From the NCBI GenBank assembly GCA_019413925.1, contig DXMY01000031.1, positions 5,427 through 69,426 on the forward strand: a stretch of 64,000 nt of DNA. The letters run 5' to 3'. How positions within the stretch are numbered: position 1 is the first letter of the stretch; every line of letters starts with the position of its first letter. The notes beneath the pieces were generated by a model that did no database searches, was not told the DNA's origin, and saw only the letters and a list, made by a program, of their open reading frames with translations. The stretch comes from Collinsella sp. Lineage in GTDB: Bacteria; Actinomycetota; Coriobacteriia; Coriobacteriales; Coriobacteriaceae. Position numbers and translations under genes: made by a program. Positions 35,691 through 45,359 of this stretch are shown here, piece by piece.

Positions 35691-35730
35691 AGGGGCGCAC
35701 GACCGTTGCGATGGTCGTGCGCCCCTTTTT
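35691..35730. terminator. Bidirectional terminator
   Basis: AAAA-GGGGCGCACGACC / GGTCGTGCGCCCC-TTTTT, perfect 13-bp stem. Confidence 0.7.
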
Positions 35731-35877
35731 GCGTTTGTGGGGGCCACCGGCCATAATGCCCAGGCGCGGTGCGGCAAGACGGGCGTCTGCAGCCGCGACT
35801 CGGTACGAAATCAACGAGAACCAGTGTGCTCCATTAAGCTAAAGTTTGCGAACATCCTCTCTAAAAAGGTGAACTCG

Positions 35878-36813
35878 CTAGGCTTTTTTGGGTTTGTTGA
35901 CGATGATGATGCCGCCGCAGACCAACAGCAGGGCAACGATGACGGTAACGGGGCTCGTGCCAGCGCCCTCGCCGAGCAGCAGCGCGCTCAGCACCACACC
36001 AAAGACGGGGTTCATAAACCCAAAGACCGAGACGCGGCTGACGGGGTTGACGGCAAGCAGGCGCGACCACAGCGAGTACGCGACGGCGGAAATGAGTGCC
36101 ATATAAATGATGAGCGCGATGGCGGGGGCGATTTCGGTGGGGGACAACGTGCCGCCCATCAAAAACCCGATGGCGGTGAGGACCAGGCCGCCGACCAAGA
36201 ACTGCCACCCGGCAAGCAAGACACCGTCGTGCTCGCGCGAGAAGATGCCGATCAGGCAGGTCGACAGGGCACCCGCGACGGTGGAGGCCAGGATAAAGCC
36301 CTCGCCGTCGAGCGTAAAGCCAAAGGTGCCGTCCGCGCCCGAAAGGTTGACGAGCGCGACGCCGGCAAAGCCCAGTACACAGCCGAGCACCTTGGCCGCA
36401 TCGAGCTTATCGGTGCGAAACGCCAGGGCGGCAAAGAGGATTGCGAGGAAGTTGGCGCTGGCCTCGATGATGGAGCTCGACATGGCGCTGGCGCGCGAGA
36501 GGCCCAGATAGAAAAAGAAGTACTGCCCGATAGTCTGGAAGAGCGACAAGACAAAGATGGGCTTGATGTCGCGAGCCTGCGGAATGAGGGGGCGGCGTTG
36601 GGCCGCACTCATCCCAACGATAACCAGGGCGCCGGCAAGCGTGAAGCGCAAGCCCGCAAAGAGTAGCTGCGAGGCGCTATCGTGCGCCGGGATCCCAAAG
36701 AGTGCGTAGCCGATCTTGATGCAGGGAAAGGCCGATCCCCAGAGTGCACAGCAAACAAGACAGCCCAGGATGAGTCCGGGCAGGGTGGCGAGATACGGCT
36801 TGCGGCTTTCCAT
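35878..36813 (-). CDS. DMT/EamA-family transporter
   Basis: 10 TM-like segments. WGSAFPCIK EamA-like start. AGGAAGGA ribosome-binding site before the ATG at 36813. Confidence 0.82.
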   Translation of the reverse strand: MESRKPYLATLPGLILGCLVCCALWGSAFPCIKIGYALFGIPAHDSASQLLFAGLRFTLAGALVIVGMSAAQRRPLIPQARDIKPIFVLSLFQTIGQYFFFYLGLSRASAMSSSIIEASANFLAILFAALAFRTDKLDAAKVLGCVLGFAGVALVNLSGADGTFGFTLDGEGFILASTVAGALSTCLIGIFSREHDGVLLAGWQFLVGGLVLTAIGFLMGGTLSPTEIAPAIALIIYMALISAVAYSLWSRLLAVNPVSRVSVFGFMNPVFGVVLSALLLGEGAGTSPVTVIVALLLVCGGIIIVNKPKKA

Positions 36814-36912
36814 GATGTCCTTCCTACATGCGCGAAGCAAAAAAGAACCCGCCACCGGATGTGTCGGTGGCGGGTGTTGTTACCCGAGGGGATTGTACCC
36901 GATGGGAAAGGC

Positions 36913-39900
36913 TTAGGCGAAGTAGGCTACGCCGCTCTCAAAGATCGGCATGAACTTGTCGCCGGGGACATGCTCGGGCACGTTGCGGTACAGGTTGTCG
37001 CCGCGACGCTCGGCATGGCCCATCTTGCCCAGGACGCGGCCGTCGGGGCTCGTGATGCCCTCGATGGCGAGTGCGGAGCCGTTGGGGTTGACGGAAAGGT
37101 CCATGCTGGGCTTGCCGTCCTCGCCCACGTACTGCGTGGCGACCTGGCCGTTGGCGATCAGCTGGGCGAGCACCTCGTCGTTGGCGACAAAGCGGCCCTC
37201 GCCGTGGCTGATGGCGACGGTGTAGGGGTCGTCGAGGCTGCACTGCGACAGCCACGGGGACAGGTTGGACGAGATGCGGGTGCGCACCAGGCGGCTCTGA
37301 TGGCGACCGATGGTGTTGAACGTCAGCGTGGGCGCATCGGGCGTGGCGTCGACGATGTCGCCGTAGGGTACCAGGCCGAGCTTGATCAGGGCCTGGAAGC
37401 CGTTGCAGATGCCCAGCATCAGGCCGTCGCGGGCCTTGAGCAGGTCGCGAACTGCCTCGGTGACCTCGGGAGCGCGGAAGAACGCCGTGATGAACTTGGC
37501 GGAGCCGTCGGGCTCGTCACCGCCCGAGAAGCCGCCGGGGATCATGACGATCTGGCTTTGGCGGATGCGACGGGCAAGCTCGTGGGTGCTTTCGGCAACA
37601 GCCTCGGGCGTGAGGTTGTTGATCACGAAGGTGTCGGCCTCGGCGCCGGCGGCGCGGAAGGCGCGGGCGCTGTCGTACTCGCAGTTGTTGCCGGGGAACA
37701 CCGGGATAATCACGCGCGGGCGGGCGATTTTGGCGCCGCCGTACACGTGGATATCCTTGGTGCGATAGTCGATGGTCTCGACCTCGGGCTGCTCGCCGGT
37801 GCTGCGGTAGGCAAAGACACCTTCGATGCCGCTCTCCCAGGCCTCTTGGAGCTCGGAGAGCTCGATGACCTCGGAGCCGGTGTCGATGACATAGCCCTCG
37901 ACGGTGGTGCCCAGGGGCTCGACGACAACGCCGTCGGCGACCTCGGGCAGCTCGGCGTCATCGGCGAGCTCGACGATAAAGCTGCCGTAGAGCGGGGTGA
38001 AGAAGCTCTCCACGTCCACATCCTCGGCAAGCTCGATACCGATCTGGTTGCCGACGCACATCTTAAAGAGGCTCTCGGCGCCGCAGCCGTAGCCGGGCGT
38101 GGAGATGGCCAGGGCGTTGCCGGTAGCAGTGAGCGCCTCGACGGCGTCAAATGCGGCGAGCAGCTGCTGGGCATCGGGACGGTAGTCCTCGCCGTAGGTG
38201 GCGGGGGCGATGCGGACGACGCGGTGCGTCAGACCCTTGAACTCAGGGGAGACAGCGCGCGCCGCGCGGCCCACGGCCACAGCGAAGCTGATCAGGGTCG
38301 GCGGAACGTTGAGCTCGCCGGCCTCGTCCTCAAAGGAGCCGCTCATGGAGTCCTTGCCGCCGATGGCGCCGGCACCCAGATCGACCTGGGCCATAAGGGC
38401 ACCCAGGACGGCTGCCATGGGCTTGCCCCAACGCTCGGCCTCGGTGCGCAGGCGCTCGAAGTACTCCTGGAAGGAGAGGTAGGCGCGCTTGTGCTCAAAG
38501 CCGGCGGCAACGAGCTTGGCGATGGACTCGACTACGGACAGGTAGGCGCCCGCAAACTGGTCGGCCTCCATCAGGTAGGGGTTGAAGCCCCATGCCATAG
38601 CGCTCGCCGTGGTGGTCTCGCCGTCCACGGGGAACTTGGCGACCATGGCAGAGCTCGGAGTGAGCTGCGTCTTGCCGCCAAAGGGCATGAGCACGGTCGC
38701 GGCGCCGATGGTGGAGTCGAAGCGCTCGGAAAGGCCCTTGTTGGAGGCGACGTTGAGGTCGGTGACAAGCGAGGTCATGCGCTCGGCAAGCGTGGTGCCG
38801 GCCCAGCTGGGCTGCCACACGCTACGGGCGCAGACGTGGGCGACCTGGTGCTTGGGCGCACCGTTGGAGTTGAGGAACTCGCGGGACAGGTCGACGATGG
38901 CGACGCCGTTCCAGGCCATGCGCATGCGCGGCTCGGCGGTAACCTCGGCGATGACGGTCGCCTCCAGGTTCTCCTCGGCGGCGTAGCCCATGAACTCATC
39001 GACGTCACCATCGGCGACGGCGCAGGCCATGCGCTCCTGGGACTCGGAGATGGCGAGCTCAGTGCCGTCAAGACCGTCGTACTTCTTGGTCACGGTGTCC
39101 AGGTCCACGTACAGGCCGTCGGCAAGCTCGCCCACGGCGACCGAGACGCCGCCAGCGCCAAAGTCATTGCAGCGCTTGATCAGACGGCAGGCGTCGCCGC
39201 GGCGGAACAGGCGCTGCAGCTTGCGCTCGACCGGGGCGTTGCCCTTCTGGACCTCGGCACCCGAGGTCTCGATGGACTCGGTGTTCTGGGTCTTGGAAGA
39301 GCCGGTAGCGCCACCGATGCCATCACGGCCAGTGCGGCCGCCCAGCAGGATGATCTTGTCGGTGGGGGCGGGGCACTCGCGACGCACGTGGTTTGCCGGG
39401 GTGGCGCCCACGACGGCGCCGACCTCCATACGCTTGGCGACGTAGCCGGGGTGATAGAGTTCGTTGACCTGACCGGTGGCAAGGCCGATCTGGTTGCCGT
39501 AGCTGGAGTAGCCGGCGGCAGCAGTGGTCACGAGCTTACGCTGCGGCAGCTTGCCCTCGAGCGTCTCGGACACGGGGACGGTGGGGTCGCCGGCGCCGGT
39601 GACACGCATGGCCTGGTACACGTAGCTGCGGCCCGACAGCGGGTCGCGGATGGCACCGCCCACGCAGGTGGCGGCACCACCGAAGGGCTCGATCTCGGTC
39701 GGGTGGTTGTGGGTCTCGTTCTTAAAGAGGAACAGCCAGTCCTGGTCCTCGCCGTCGACATCGACCTTCACCTTGACGGTGCAGGCGTTGATCTCCTCGG
39801 ACTCGTCGACATCGGTCATGACGCCGGTCTTCTTGAGGTACTTGGCGCCGATGGTGCCCATGTCCATGAGGCAGACGGGCTTGGTGTCGCGACCGAGTTC

Positions 39901-40659
39901 GTGGCGCATCTCCATGTAGCGGTCGAAGGCCTGCTGCACCACGGCGTCGTCGATCGTCACGTCGTCCAGGACGGTGCCGAAGGTGGTGTGGCGGCAGTGA
40001 TCAGACCAGTAGGTGTCGATCACGCGGATCTCGGTGATGGTGGGGTCGCGATCCTCATCGCGGAAGTACTGCTGGCAGAAGGCGATGTCCGCCTCGTCCA
40101 TGGCAAGGCCGCGCTCGGAAATAAAGGCGGCAAGGCCGGCTTCGTCGAGCTCGCGGAAACCGTCGAGCACCTCGACGGGCTGGGGCTCGGGGGTCTCCAT
40201 GTACAGCGTCTCGGGCAGGTCGAGCGAGGCGATGCGCGCCTCGACGGGGTTCACCACGTAGTGCTTGATGGCATCGATGGCGGCCTCGTCCAGAGCGCCC
40301 GAGATCATATAGACCTTGGCGGAGCGCACGGCGGGGCGCTCGCCCTGGCTGATGAGCTGCACGCACTCGCTGGCGGAGTCGGCGCGCTGGTCAAACTGGC
40401 CAGGCAGGAATTCGACGGCAAAGACGGCGCCATCGCTTGCGGGGAGCTCGTCGTAGGTCACATCGACCTGGGGCTCGCTAAAGACGGTCGGCACGCAGGA
40501 CCGGAAAAGCTCCTTGTCGATGCCCTCGACGTCGTAGCGGTTGATAATCCTCAGGGCCTCGATGCCCTTGATGCCGAGAATTTCGGTCAGCTCGCCCTTG
40601 AGCTGCTGAGCCTCGACGTCGAACCCGGGTTTCTTCTCCACGTAGATACGAGAGACCAT
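36913..40659 (-). CDS. purL: Phosphoribosylformylglycinamidine synthase, large single-chain form
   Basis: 1248 aa. N-terminal PurS-like MVSRIYVEKKPGFDVEAQ, central FGAM synthetase blocks (NHPTEIEPFGGAATCVGGAIRD), C-terminal glutaminase (GICNGFQAL). Confidence 0.95.
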   Translation of the reverse strand: MVSRIYVEKKPGFDVEAQQLKGELTEILGIKGIEALRIINRYDVEGIDKELFRSCVPTVFSEPQVDVTYDELPASDGAVFAVEFLPGQFDQRADSASECVQLISQGERPAVRSAKVYMISGALDEAAIDAIKHYVVNPVEARIASLDLPETLYMETPEPQPVEVLDGFRELDEAGLAAFISERGLAMDEADIAFCQQYFRDEDRDPTITEIRVIDTYWSDHCRHTTFGTVLDDVTIDDAVVQQAFDRYMEMRHELGRDTKPVCLMDMGTIGAKYLKKTGVMTDVDESEEINACTVKVKVDVDGEDQDWLFLFKNETHNHPTEIEPFGGAATCVGGAIRDPLSGRSYVYQAMRVTGAGDPTVPVSETLEGKLPQRKLVTTAAAGYSSYGNQIGLATGQVNELYHPGYVAKRMEVGAVVGATPANHVRRECPAPTDKIILLGGRTGRDGIGGATGSSKTQNTESIETSGAEVQKGNAPVERKLQRLFRRGDACRLIKRCNDFGAGGVSVAVGELADGLYVDLDTVTKKYDGLDGTELAISESQERMACAVADGDVDEFMGYAAEENLEATVIAEVTAEPRMRMAWNGVAIVDLSREFLNSNGAPKHQVAHVCARSVWQPSWAGTTLAERMTSLVTDLNVASNKGLSERFDSTIGAATVLMPFGGKTQLTPSSAMVAKFPVDGETTTASAMAWGFNPYLMEADQFAGAYLSVVESIAKLVAAGFEHKRAYLSFQEYFERLRTEAERWGKPMAAVLGALMAQVDLGAGAIGGKDSMSGSFEDEAGELNVPPTLISFAVAVGRAARAVSPEFKGLTHRVVRIAPATYGEDYRPDAQQLLAAFDAVEALTATGNALAISTPGYGCGAESLFKMCVGNQIGIELAEDVDVESFFTPLYGSFIVELADDAELPEVADGVVVEPLGTTVEGYVIDTGSEVIELSELQEAWESGIEGVFAYRSTGEQPEVETIDYRTKDIHVYGGAKIARPRVIIPVFPGNNCEYDSARAFRAAGAEADTFVINNLTPEAVAESTHELARRIRQSQIVMIPGGFSGGDEPDGSAKFITAFFRAPEVTEAVRDLLKARDGLMLGICNGFQALIKLGLVPYGDIVDATPDAPTLTFNTIGRHQSRLVRTRISSNLSPWLSQCSLDDPYTVAISHGEGRFVANDEVLAQLIANGQVATQYVGEDGKPSMDLSVNPNGSALAIEGITSPDGRVLGKMGHAERRGDNLYRNVPEHVPGDKFMPIFESGVAYFA

Positions 40660-40843
40660 TGGTTCCTGCCTTCCTGATCGGTTGGGCGTACGGTACGGTA
40701 TGCGGCAGCGGTCGGTTTGCGGGGTCTGCCCTGCGGTCGCCTTGAGCCACATGTTTGTAAACCTCACTATGATACGACAGCTCTCGGCGCGTTGAGGACG
40801 GCGAGGGTGCTACAGTGAAGCGCAAACAAGAGAAAGGCATCAC

Positions 40844-42406
40844 ATGGCATTCGTTTCGCTCGCCATCATCGCACTCGTGGCCTTTGCGAGTCCTTTTATC
40901 GCCTCGGCGATTCCCGGAAAACCCGTTCCCGAGACGGTCTTTTTGCTCGTGCTCGGCGCGGTACTGGGACCCCATATGCTCGGCGTCATCCATGTAGATG
41001 CTGAGGTCTCGCTGGTGTCCGAGCTGGGCCTGGCCTTTTTGTTCCTGCTTGCCGGCTTTGAGATCGACCCCAAGAGCATCACGGGCGTCGAGGGGCGCTA
41101 CGGCTTGGCGACGTGGGTCGTCACGTTTGGTATCGCCTGGCTTGCCGTGCGCTTTACCCCGTGGTTCTCAGTCAGTCATTTCGACGGTATCGCCGTGACG
41201 CTTGCCCTCACTTCGACGGCGCTCGGTACGCTTGTGCCCATCATGCGTGAGCGCTCGCTCACCGGCACGCGCGTGGGCGACTCGATTCTCGCGTATGGCA
41301 CTTGGGGCGAGCTCGGTCCCGTGCTCGCCATGTCGGTGCTGTTGTCTGCCCGCACTGGCATCCAAACGCTCGTTATCCTTGGCTTGTTTGCGGTGGTTTG
41401 CGTGTTGCTGGCCGTGGTCCCGAGCCGCTCCAAGCGCGTCGGCAGCCGCTTCTTTGCATTTGTTGAGGAGCGCGCCGATACCACGTCGCAGACCTTCGTG
41501 CGCCTGACGGTGCTCATTCTGGTCACGCTCGTGGCATTCTCGGCTGTCTTTGATCTCGACATCGTGTTGGGTTCTTTTGCCGCCGGCTTTGTCCTGCGCT
41601 ATATCATCCCCGAGGGCAACCATACGCTCGAGACCAAGCTCGACGGTCTGGCCTACGGTTTTTTGATTCCGGTGTTCTTTACCGTATCGGGCGCAAAGAT
41701 CGATCTGACGGCCGTGGCGTCGCGCCCGGGTCTGCTCGTGGGCTTTATCGTGGCGTTGTTGATTATTCGTGCCGTGCCCATTCTTATTTCCATGAGCATT
41801 TGTCCTGCGACGCGCGATGTGTCGGCGTATGGTCGCATTACCGTGGCCCTGTACTGCACCACGGCGCTGCCGATCATCGTTGCCGTTACGAGCGTTGCCG
41901 TCAACGCGGGCGCGCTGTCGCAAGATATTGCGTCGGTCATGGTTGCCGCCGGTGCCATCACGGTGTTCTTGATGCCATTGCTCGCGCAGCTCTTCTACCG
42001 CGTGGTGGATGCCGCACCGGTCGCCGCCGTGGCAGAGGTTGCCGAGCATCCATCCGATGCGCTCGACATCTTGCGCGCCCACCACGACCTAGCGAGCTTG
42101 CTCGCGCGCGAGCACGAGCTGCTGACCTCGCATGGCCATGGTCGCGTATTCGAGGGCCTGCCTACGCTCGATACGATTGCCGAGCGTCTTTCCGCCGAGG
42201 CAGCGAGCGGCCACATCGATGCCCGCATCGTGGACGCGGCGCACCTGCTTGCCGATAAGACCTATGGAGACGAGGTCGACCCGTCCGAGCTGACTCCGCG
42301 TGAGCGCCGCCGCCTGGAGCGCGCCAAGCTCGCTGTGCGCGAATACCGCCGCCGCATGCTGGAGCTCTATGCGCGCGAAGAAGCCGAAGACGACGACGGT
42401 AAGTAG
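40844..42406 (+). CDS. Cation:proton antiporter (CPA-type) with acidic cytosolic tail
   Basis: About 12 TM segments, Na+/H+-exchanger-like. About 130-aa soluble C-terminus. Confidence 0.82.
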   Translation: MAFVSLAIIALVAFASPFIASAIPGKPVPETVFLLVLGAVLGPHMLGVIHVDAEVSLVSELGLAFLFLLAGFEIDPKSITGVEGRYGLATWVVTFGIAWLAVRFTPWFSVSHFDGIAVTLALTSTALGTLVPIMRERSLTGTRVGDSILAYGTWGELGPVLAMSVLLSARTGIQTLVILGLFAVVCVLLAVVPSRSKRVGSRFFAFVEERADTTSQTFVRLTVLILVTLVAFSAVFDLDIVLGSFAAGFVLRYIIPEGNHTLETKLDGLAYGFLIPVFFTVSGAKIDLTAVASRPGLLVGFIVALLIIRAVPILISMSICPATRDVSAYGRITVALYCTTALPIIVAVTSVAVNAGALSQDIASVMVAAGAITVFLMPLLAQLFYRVVDAAPVAAVAEVAEHPSDALDILRAHHDLASLLAREHELLTSHGHGRVFEGLPTLDTIAERLSAEAASGHIDARIVDAAHLLADKTYGDEVDPSELTPRERRRLERAKLAVREYRRRMLELYAREEAEDDDGK

Positions 42407-42420
42407 TCGATACTTTCTCG

Positions 42421-42592
42421 GGGAAGCCGCGTCCCGCTTTGAAGGCTCGGAACGGGATGTGGTTTCCGAAACGGGGGCCGTTGGGAAGCTGTGTCCCGGA
42501 ATGGGCGCTCAGAGTGGGATGCAGTTTCCGCAAGGAGGTCCTGGGGGAAACCGTGCCCCGTTCTGATCCGAAATACTGGGACATAGCTTCCC
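42421..42592. repeat. Degenerate ~62-nt tandem repeat (about 3 copies) built from GGGAAGCYGYGTCCC / GGGATGYRGTTTCCG words
   Basis: Words at 42421, 42453, 42483, 42516, 42544 and 42578 (spacing 28-34 nt). The last word, GGGACATAGCTTCCC, is the near-perfect reverse complement of the word at 42483. Confidence 0.6.
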
Positions 42593-42606
42593 TTTCATAA
42601 CAGGAG

Positions 42607-42648
42607 AAGGCGCGCTGTCTGTAGTTGATTCAGACGGCGCGCCTTTTT
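42607..42648. terminator. Terminator between the convergent antiporter and SDR genes
   Basis: AAGGCGCGCTGTCTG / CAGACGGCGCGCCTT (14 bp + 1 G.U) followed by TTTTT. Confidence 0.6.
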
Positions 42649-42690
42649 GGTTGAGCTATGTTGAAACTTGAAGCCAAAGCTTGTGGCTCC

Positions 42691-43440
42691 TTAGGAGCGG
42701 GCGGCTCCGTCGACGGGGAGCACGGCGCCCGTGACATAGGAGGACATGTCGCTCGCCAGGAAAACAAAGGCGTTGGCGACATCCTCGGGCTCGCCCATAC
42801 GACCCAGCGGAATGGTGGCGATGATGGGCTTGATGACCTCTTCGGGCAGGTTGGCGACCATGTCGGTCTTAGTCACGCCGGGGGCGACGGCGTTGACGCG
42901 GATGCCCATGGGAGCGAGCTCGCGCGAGAGCGACTGGACCATACCGTTGACGGCAAACTTGGACGTGGGGTAACCGACGCCGGAGGGCTGGCCGTACTTG
43001 GCGACCATCGAGCTTGTGGTAGTGATGGTGCCGCCGTGGCCGGCCTCGGTCATGATCTTGGCGGCAGCCTGGTGGCCATTAAAGACGGCGACGACGTTAA
43101 GGTCCATGACCTTTGCGAACTCCTCGGCCGTATAGTTAAGGAGCGGCGAGCGCTGGGAGATGCCGGCATTGTTGACGACCGTGTCCAAGCCGCCCATGTC
43201 AGCGGCAGCCTGGGTAAAGGCCTCGGTCACGGCTTCGAGCGAGGTGAGATCGCAGGAGCGACCCCAGACCTTGGCGTCGGGATAGGCGGCTGTCAGCTTC
43301 TCAACGGCCGTGTCGGCAGTCTCCTGGCGCGAGCCAAAGACGGTGACGGCAGCGCCTTCCTCGATAAAACGGCAGGCGATGGCATAGCCGATACCGCGTG
43401 TGCCTCCGGTGATGATTGCTTTCTTGCCCTCGAGCAACAT
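42691..43440 (-). CDS. SDR-family oxidoreductase (FabG-like)
   Basis: TGGTRGIGYAIA cofactor motif, YPTSK catalytic YxxxK. ATG at 43440. Confidence 0.9.
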   Translation of the reverse strand: MLLEGKKAIITGGTRGIGYAIACRFIEEGAAVTVFGSRQETADTAVEKLTAAYPDAKVWGRSCDLTSLEAVTEAFTQAAADMGGLDTVVNNAGISQRSPLLNYTAEEFAKVMDLNVVAVFNGHQAAAKIMTEAGHGGTITTTSSMVAKYGQPSGVGYPTSKFAVNGMVQSLSRELAPMGIRVNAVAPGVTKTDMVANLPEEVIKPIIATIPLGRMGEPEDVANAFVFLASDMSSYVTGAVLPVDGAARS

Positions 43441-43587
43441 GGTGCTTCCTCTCATCGCGGGCGGACATTCGCAGCACAGCGTAGCGGTAGTCGGAATCGG
43501 CCGCGTTTGCATATCGGTGAACGGTAGCCCGCGTTACCGATGAGCGGCTCGCGCAAATGTGCTTTGCCGTTGTGCTTAGGGCAGGTG

Positions 43588-43623
43588 ACAAAAGGGCTCC
43601 CGTCCCACATCGGACGGGAGCCC
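43588..43623 (-). terminator. Intrinsic terminator after hom
   Basis: Perfect 12-bp stem GGGCTCCCGTCC / GGACGGGAGCCC. The minus strand continues TTTTGT. Confidence 0.65.
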
Positions 43624-43654
43624 TCAAGGCGCGTATTGCTAGGCGAGCGTTGGG

Positions 43655-44998
43655 CTAGTTCGCCATGACGCCTTCGGTCCAAGCCTCAACGTCCTCGATG
43701 CGCAGGACGTTGGCGACCTCGGCCACGCAGCCGACGCTGGCAAGCTCGGCGGCGGCAGCCTGGACGTCCTTCTCGAGCGCGCGGTGCGTCAGGAAGATGA
43801 CCGAGCAGGCATCGCTGACGCCCGACTTGCCGTCCTCGACCTGGTTGATGAGCGAGATCGAGATGTTATGCTTGGCAAAGATGTCGACCGTCTCGGACAG
43901 GGCGCCCACGCGGTCGGCGACCTTCAGGCGCACATAGTACTTGGTCTGGAGCTCGTCCATGGGCTTAAAGGCGAGGTTGTGGCCATAGGGCTCAATCTCG
44001 GGCAGCGGAGCCACGCCGCGGCTGATCTGCTCGGAGAGCGACAGGATATCGCCCACGACGGCGCTCGCGGTGGGGAAGGAGCCTGCGCCCGCGCCGTAGA
44101 ACATGGTCTCGCCCACGGCGTCGCCTACCACGTAGACGGCGTTCATGGCGCCGTTGACCTTGGCGAGCATATGGTCTGCGGGGATCAGCGTGGGATGCAC
44201 GCGAACGTCGACGCCAGCGTCGGTGTTGCGGGCGATGCCGAGCAGTTTGATGGTGTAGCCGAGCTCGCGGGCCTGGGCGATGTCCTCGGCGCCGATGGTG
44301 CGGATACCCTGCTGGTACACATCATCGGTGGTAACGCGGGTGCCAAAGCCGATGGAGGCGAGGATGGCCGTCTTGCTGGCGGCATCGAAGCCGTCGACGT
44401 CGGCGGACGGGTCGGCCTCGGCATAGCCCTTAGCCTGTGCGTCGGCGAGCACGTCAGCGTAATCGGCGCCCTCGGCGTCCATGCGCGACAGGATGTAGTT
44501 GGTGGTGCCGTTGAGGATGCCGGCGATGGTCAGGATCTTGTTACCCACCAGGTCGTGCTCGAGTGTGCTGACAATGGGGATGCCGCCACCGCAGCTGGCC
44601 TCGCACTTAATCTGCACGCCGCACGCACGCGCCTTCTCGGCAAGCGTCTCGACGTGACGGCCCAGCAGGGCCTTGTTGGCAGAGACGACGTGCTTGCCGT
44701 GCTCAAAGGCGGTGGTGAAGATCTCGGTCGCGGGGTGCTCGCCGCCGATGAGTTCGACGACGATATCGACGGCGGGGTCGGTGACGACGTCGTGCCAGTC
44801 ACTCGTGAAGGCCTCGCGCTCAATGCCTGCCGCCTCGGCCTGCTCCCAGGCAAGCGCGCAGGCGCGGGTCAGCTTAAGGTCGATGCCGTAGGCTGCCAGG
44901 TACTCATCGTGGTGGCTCTTGATCAGACGGGCCACGCCGCCGCCGACGGTTCCCAGGCCGATCAGACCGACGTTCACGGTGCGCAGGGGTTCGCTCAT
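43655..44998 (-). CDS. hom: Homoserine dehydrogenase with C-terminal ACT domain
   Basis: VGLIGLGTVGGGV NAD motif, catalytic-domain blocks (NGTTNYILS), ACT-like C-terminus. Confidence 0.93.
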   Translation of the reverse strand: MSEPLRTVNVGLIGLGTVGGGVARLIKSHHDEYLAAYGIDLKLTRACALAWEQAEAAGIEREAFTSDWHDVVTDPAVDIVVELIGGEHPATEIFTTAFEHGKHVVSANKALLGRHVETLAEKARACGVQIKCEASCGGGIPIVSTLEHDLVGNKILTIAGILNGTTNYILSRMDAEGADYADVLADAQAKGYAEADPSADVDGFDAASKTAILASIGFGTRVTTDDVYQQGIRTIGAEDIAQARELGYTIKLLGIARNTDAGVDVRVHPTLIPADHMLAKVNGAMNAVYVVGDAVGETMFYGAGAGSFPTASAVVGDILSLSEQISRGVAPLPEIEPYGHNLAFKPMDELQTKYYVRLKVADRVGALSETVDIFAKHNISISLINQVEDGKSGVSDACSVIFLTHRALEKDVQAAAAELASVGCVAEVANVLRIEDVEAWTEGVMAN

Positions 44999-45248
44999 AG
45001 ATAGCTCCTTCGTGCATCTTATGGATGGATTAACCGCTTAAAGGTTGAGTGCATTCTAGCGTGAACAGAGGGCGCGTGCTCGCCAGGCAACAGGAGTCGC
45101 ACAAAACGGCACCCCCGAAACGCTGCGGAAACATTGGAAACATGCTCGCTACAAACGGAACTCCGTAACAAACTGTCAACGTTTGCACCATAAGGTTTGC
45201 CCTGTACCGCAAGACGGCCGCATCGCGGCTAGCGAAAAGGGGGACACC

Positions 45249-45359
45249 ATGTTTATTAAGAGCGGGAACGCTTGTAACAGAATGGAAACATTACTTTTAC
45301 ACAATAAAGTGGCATTACTGCATAAAAAAATAGAAATACGCAGAAATATGGATAAATGA
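45249..45359 (+). CDS. Candidate 36-codon small ORF / leader peptide (MFIKSGNACNRMETLLLHNKVALLHKKIEIRRNMDK)
   Basis: AAAGGGGGA sits 5 nt before the ATG. The ORF lies in a roughly 27-32% GC island and is full of codons rare for this genome (TTA x3, ATA x2, AGA x2). It is 134 nt upstream of the liv-type operon. Confidence 0.3.
   Translation: MFIKSGNACNRMETLLLHNKVALLHKKIEIRRNMDK

Noticed and set aside
36682-40677. 1331-aa ORF on the plus strand
   Set aside because: It is exactly antisense to purL. The translation is monotonous G/A/V/D/L-rich with no motifs. This is the typical shadow ORF of a high-GC gene.
40660-40843. Purine/ZTP-type riboswitch in the purL leader
   Set aside because: I could not find the conserved ZTP words (GGGTCGTGAC...CCGGGCGGA...CCGCCTGGGC) or a guanine-riboswitch core on the minus strand. 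The region is only a 184-nt divergent promoter.
42162-42584. 88-aa (+) and 140-aa (-) ORFs spanning the repeat array
   Set aside because: Both run out of or into the neighbouring antiporter gene, have no ribosome-binding site, and their sequence is dictated by the repeat words.
42421-42592. Possible CRISPR array
   Set aside because: The repeats are degenerate (no two are identical) and are interspersed with related rather than unique sequence. The periodicity of about 31 nt is too short for repeat plus spacer, and no cas genes are in the window.
45030-45212. 60-aa minus-strand ORF in the hom upstream region
   Set aside because: It has no ribosome-binding site, no recognisable family and an odd Cys/Phe-rich composition. 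It more likely belongs to the hom 5' leader or promoter.
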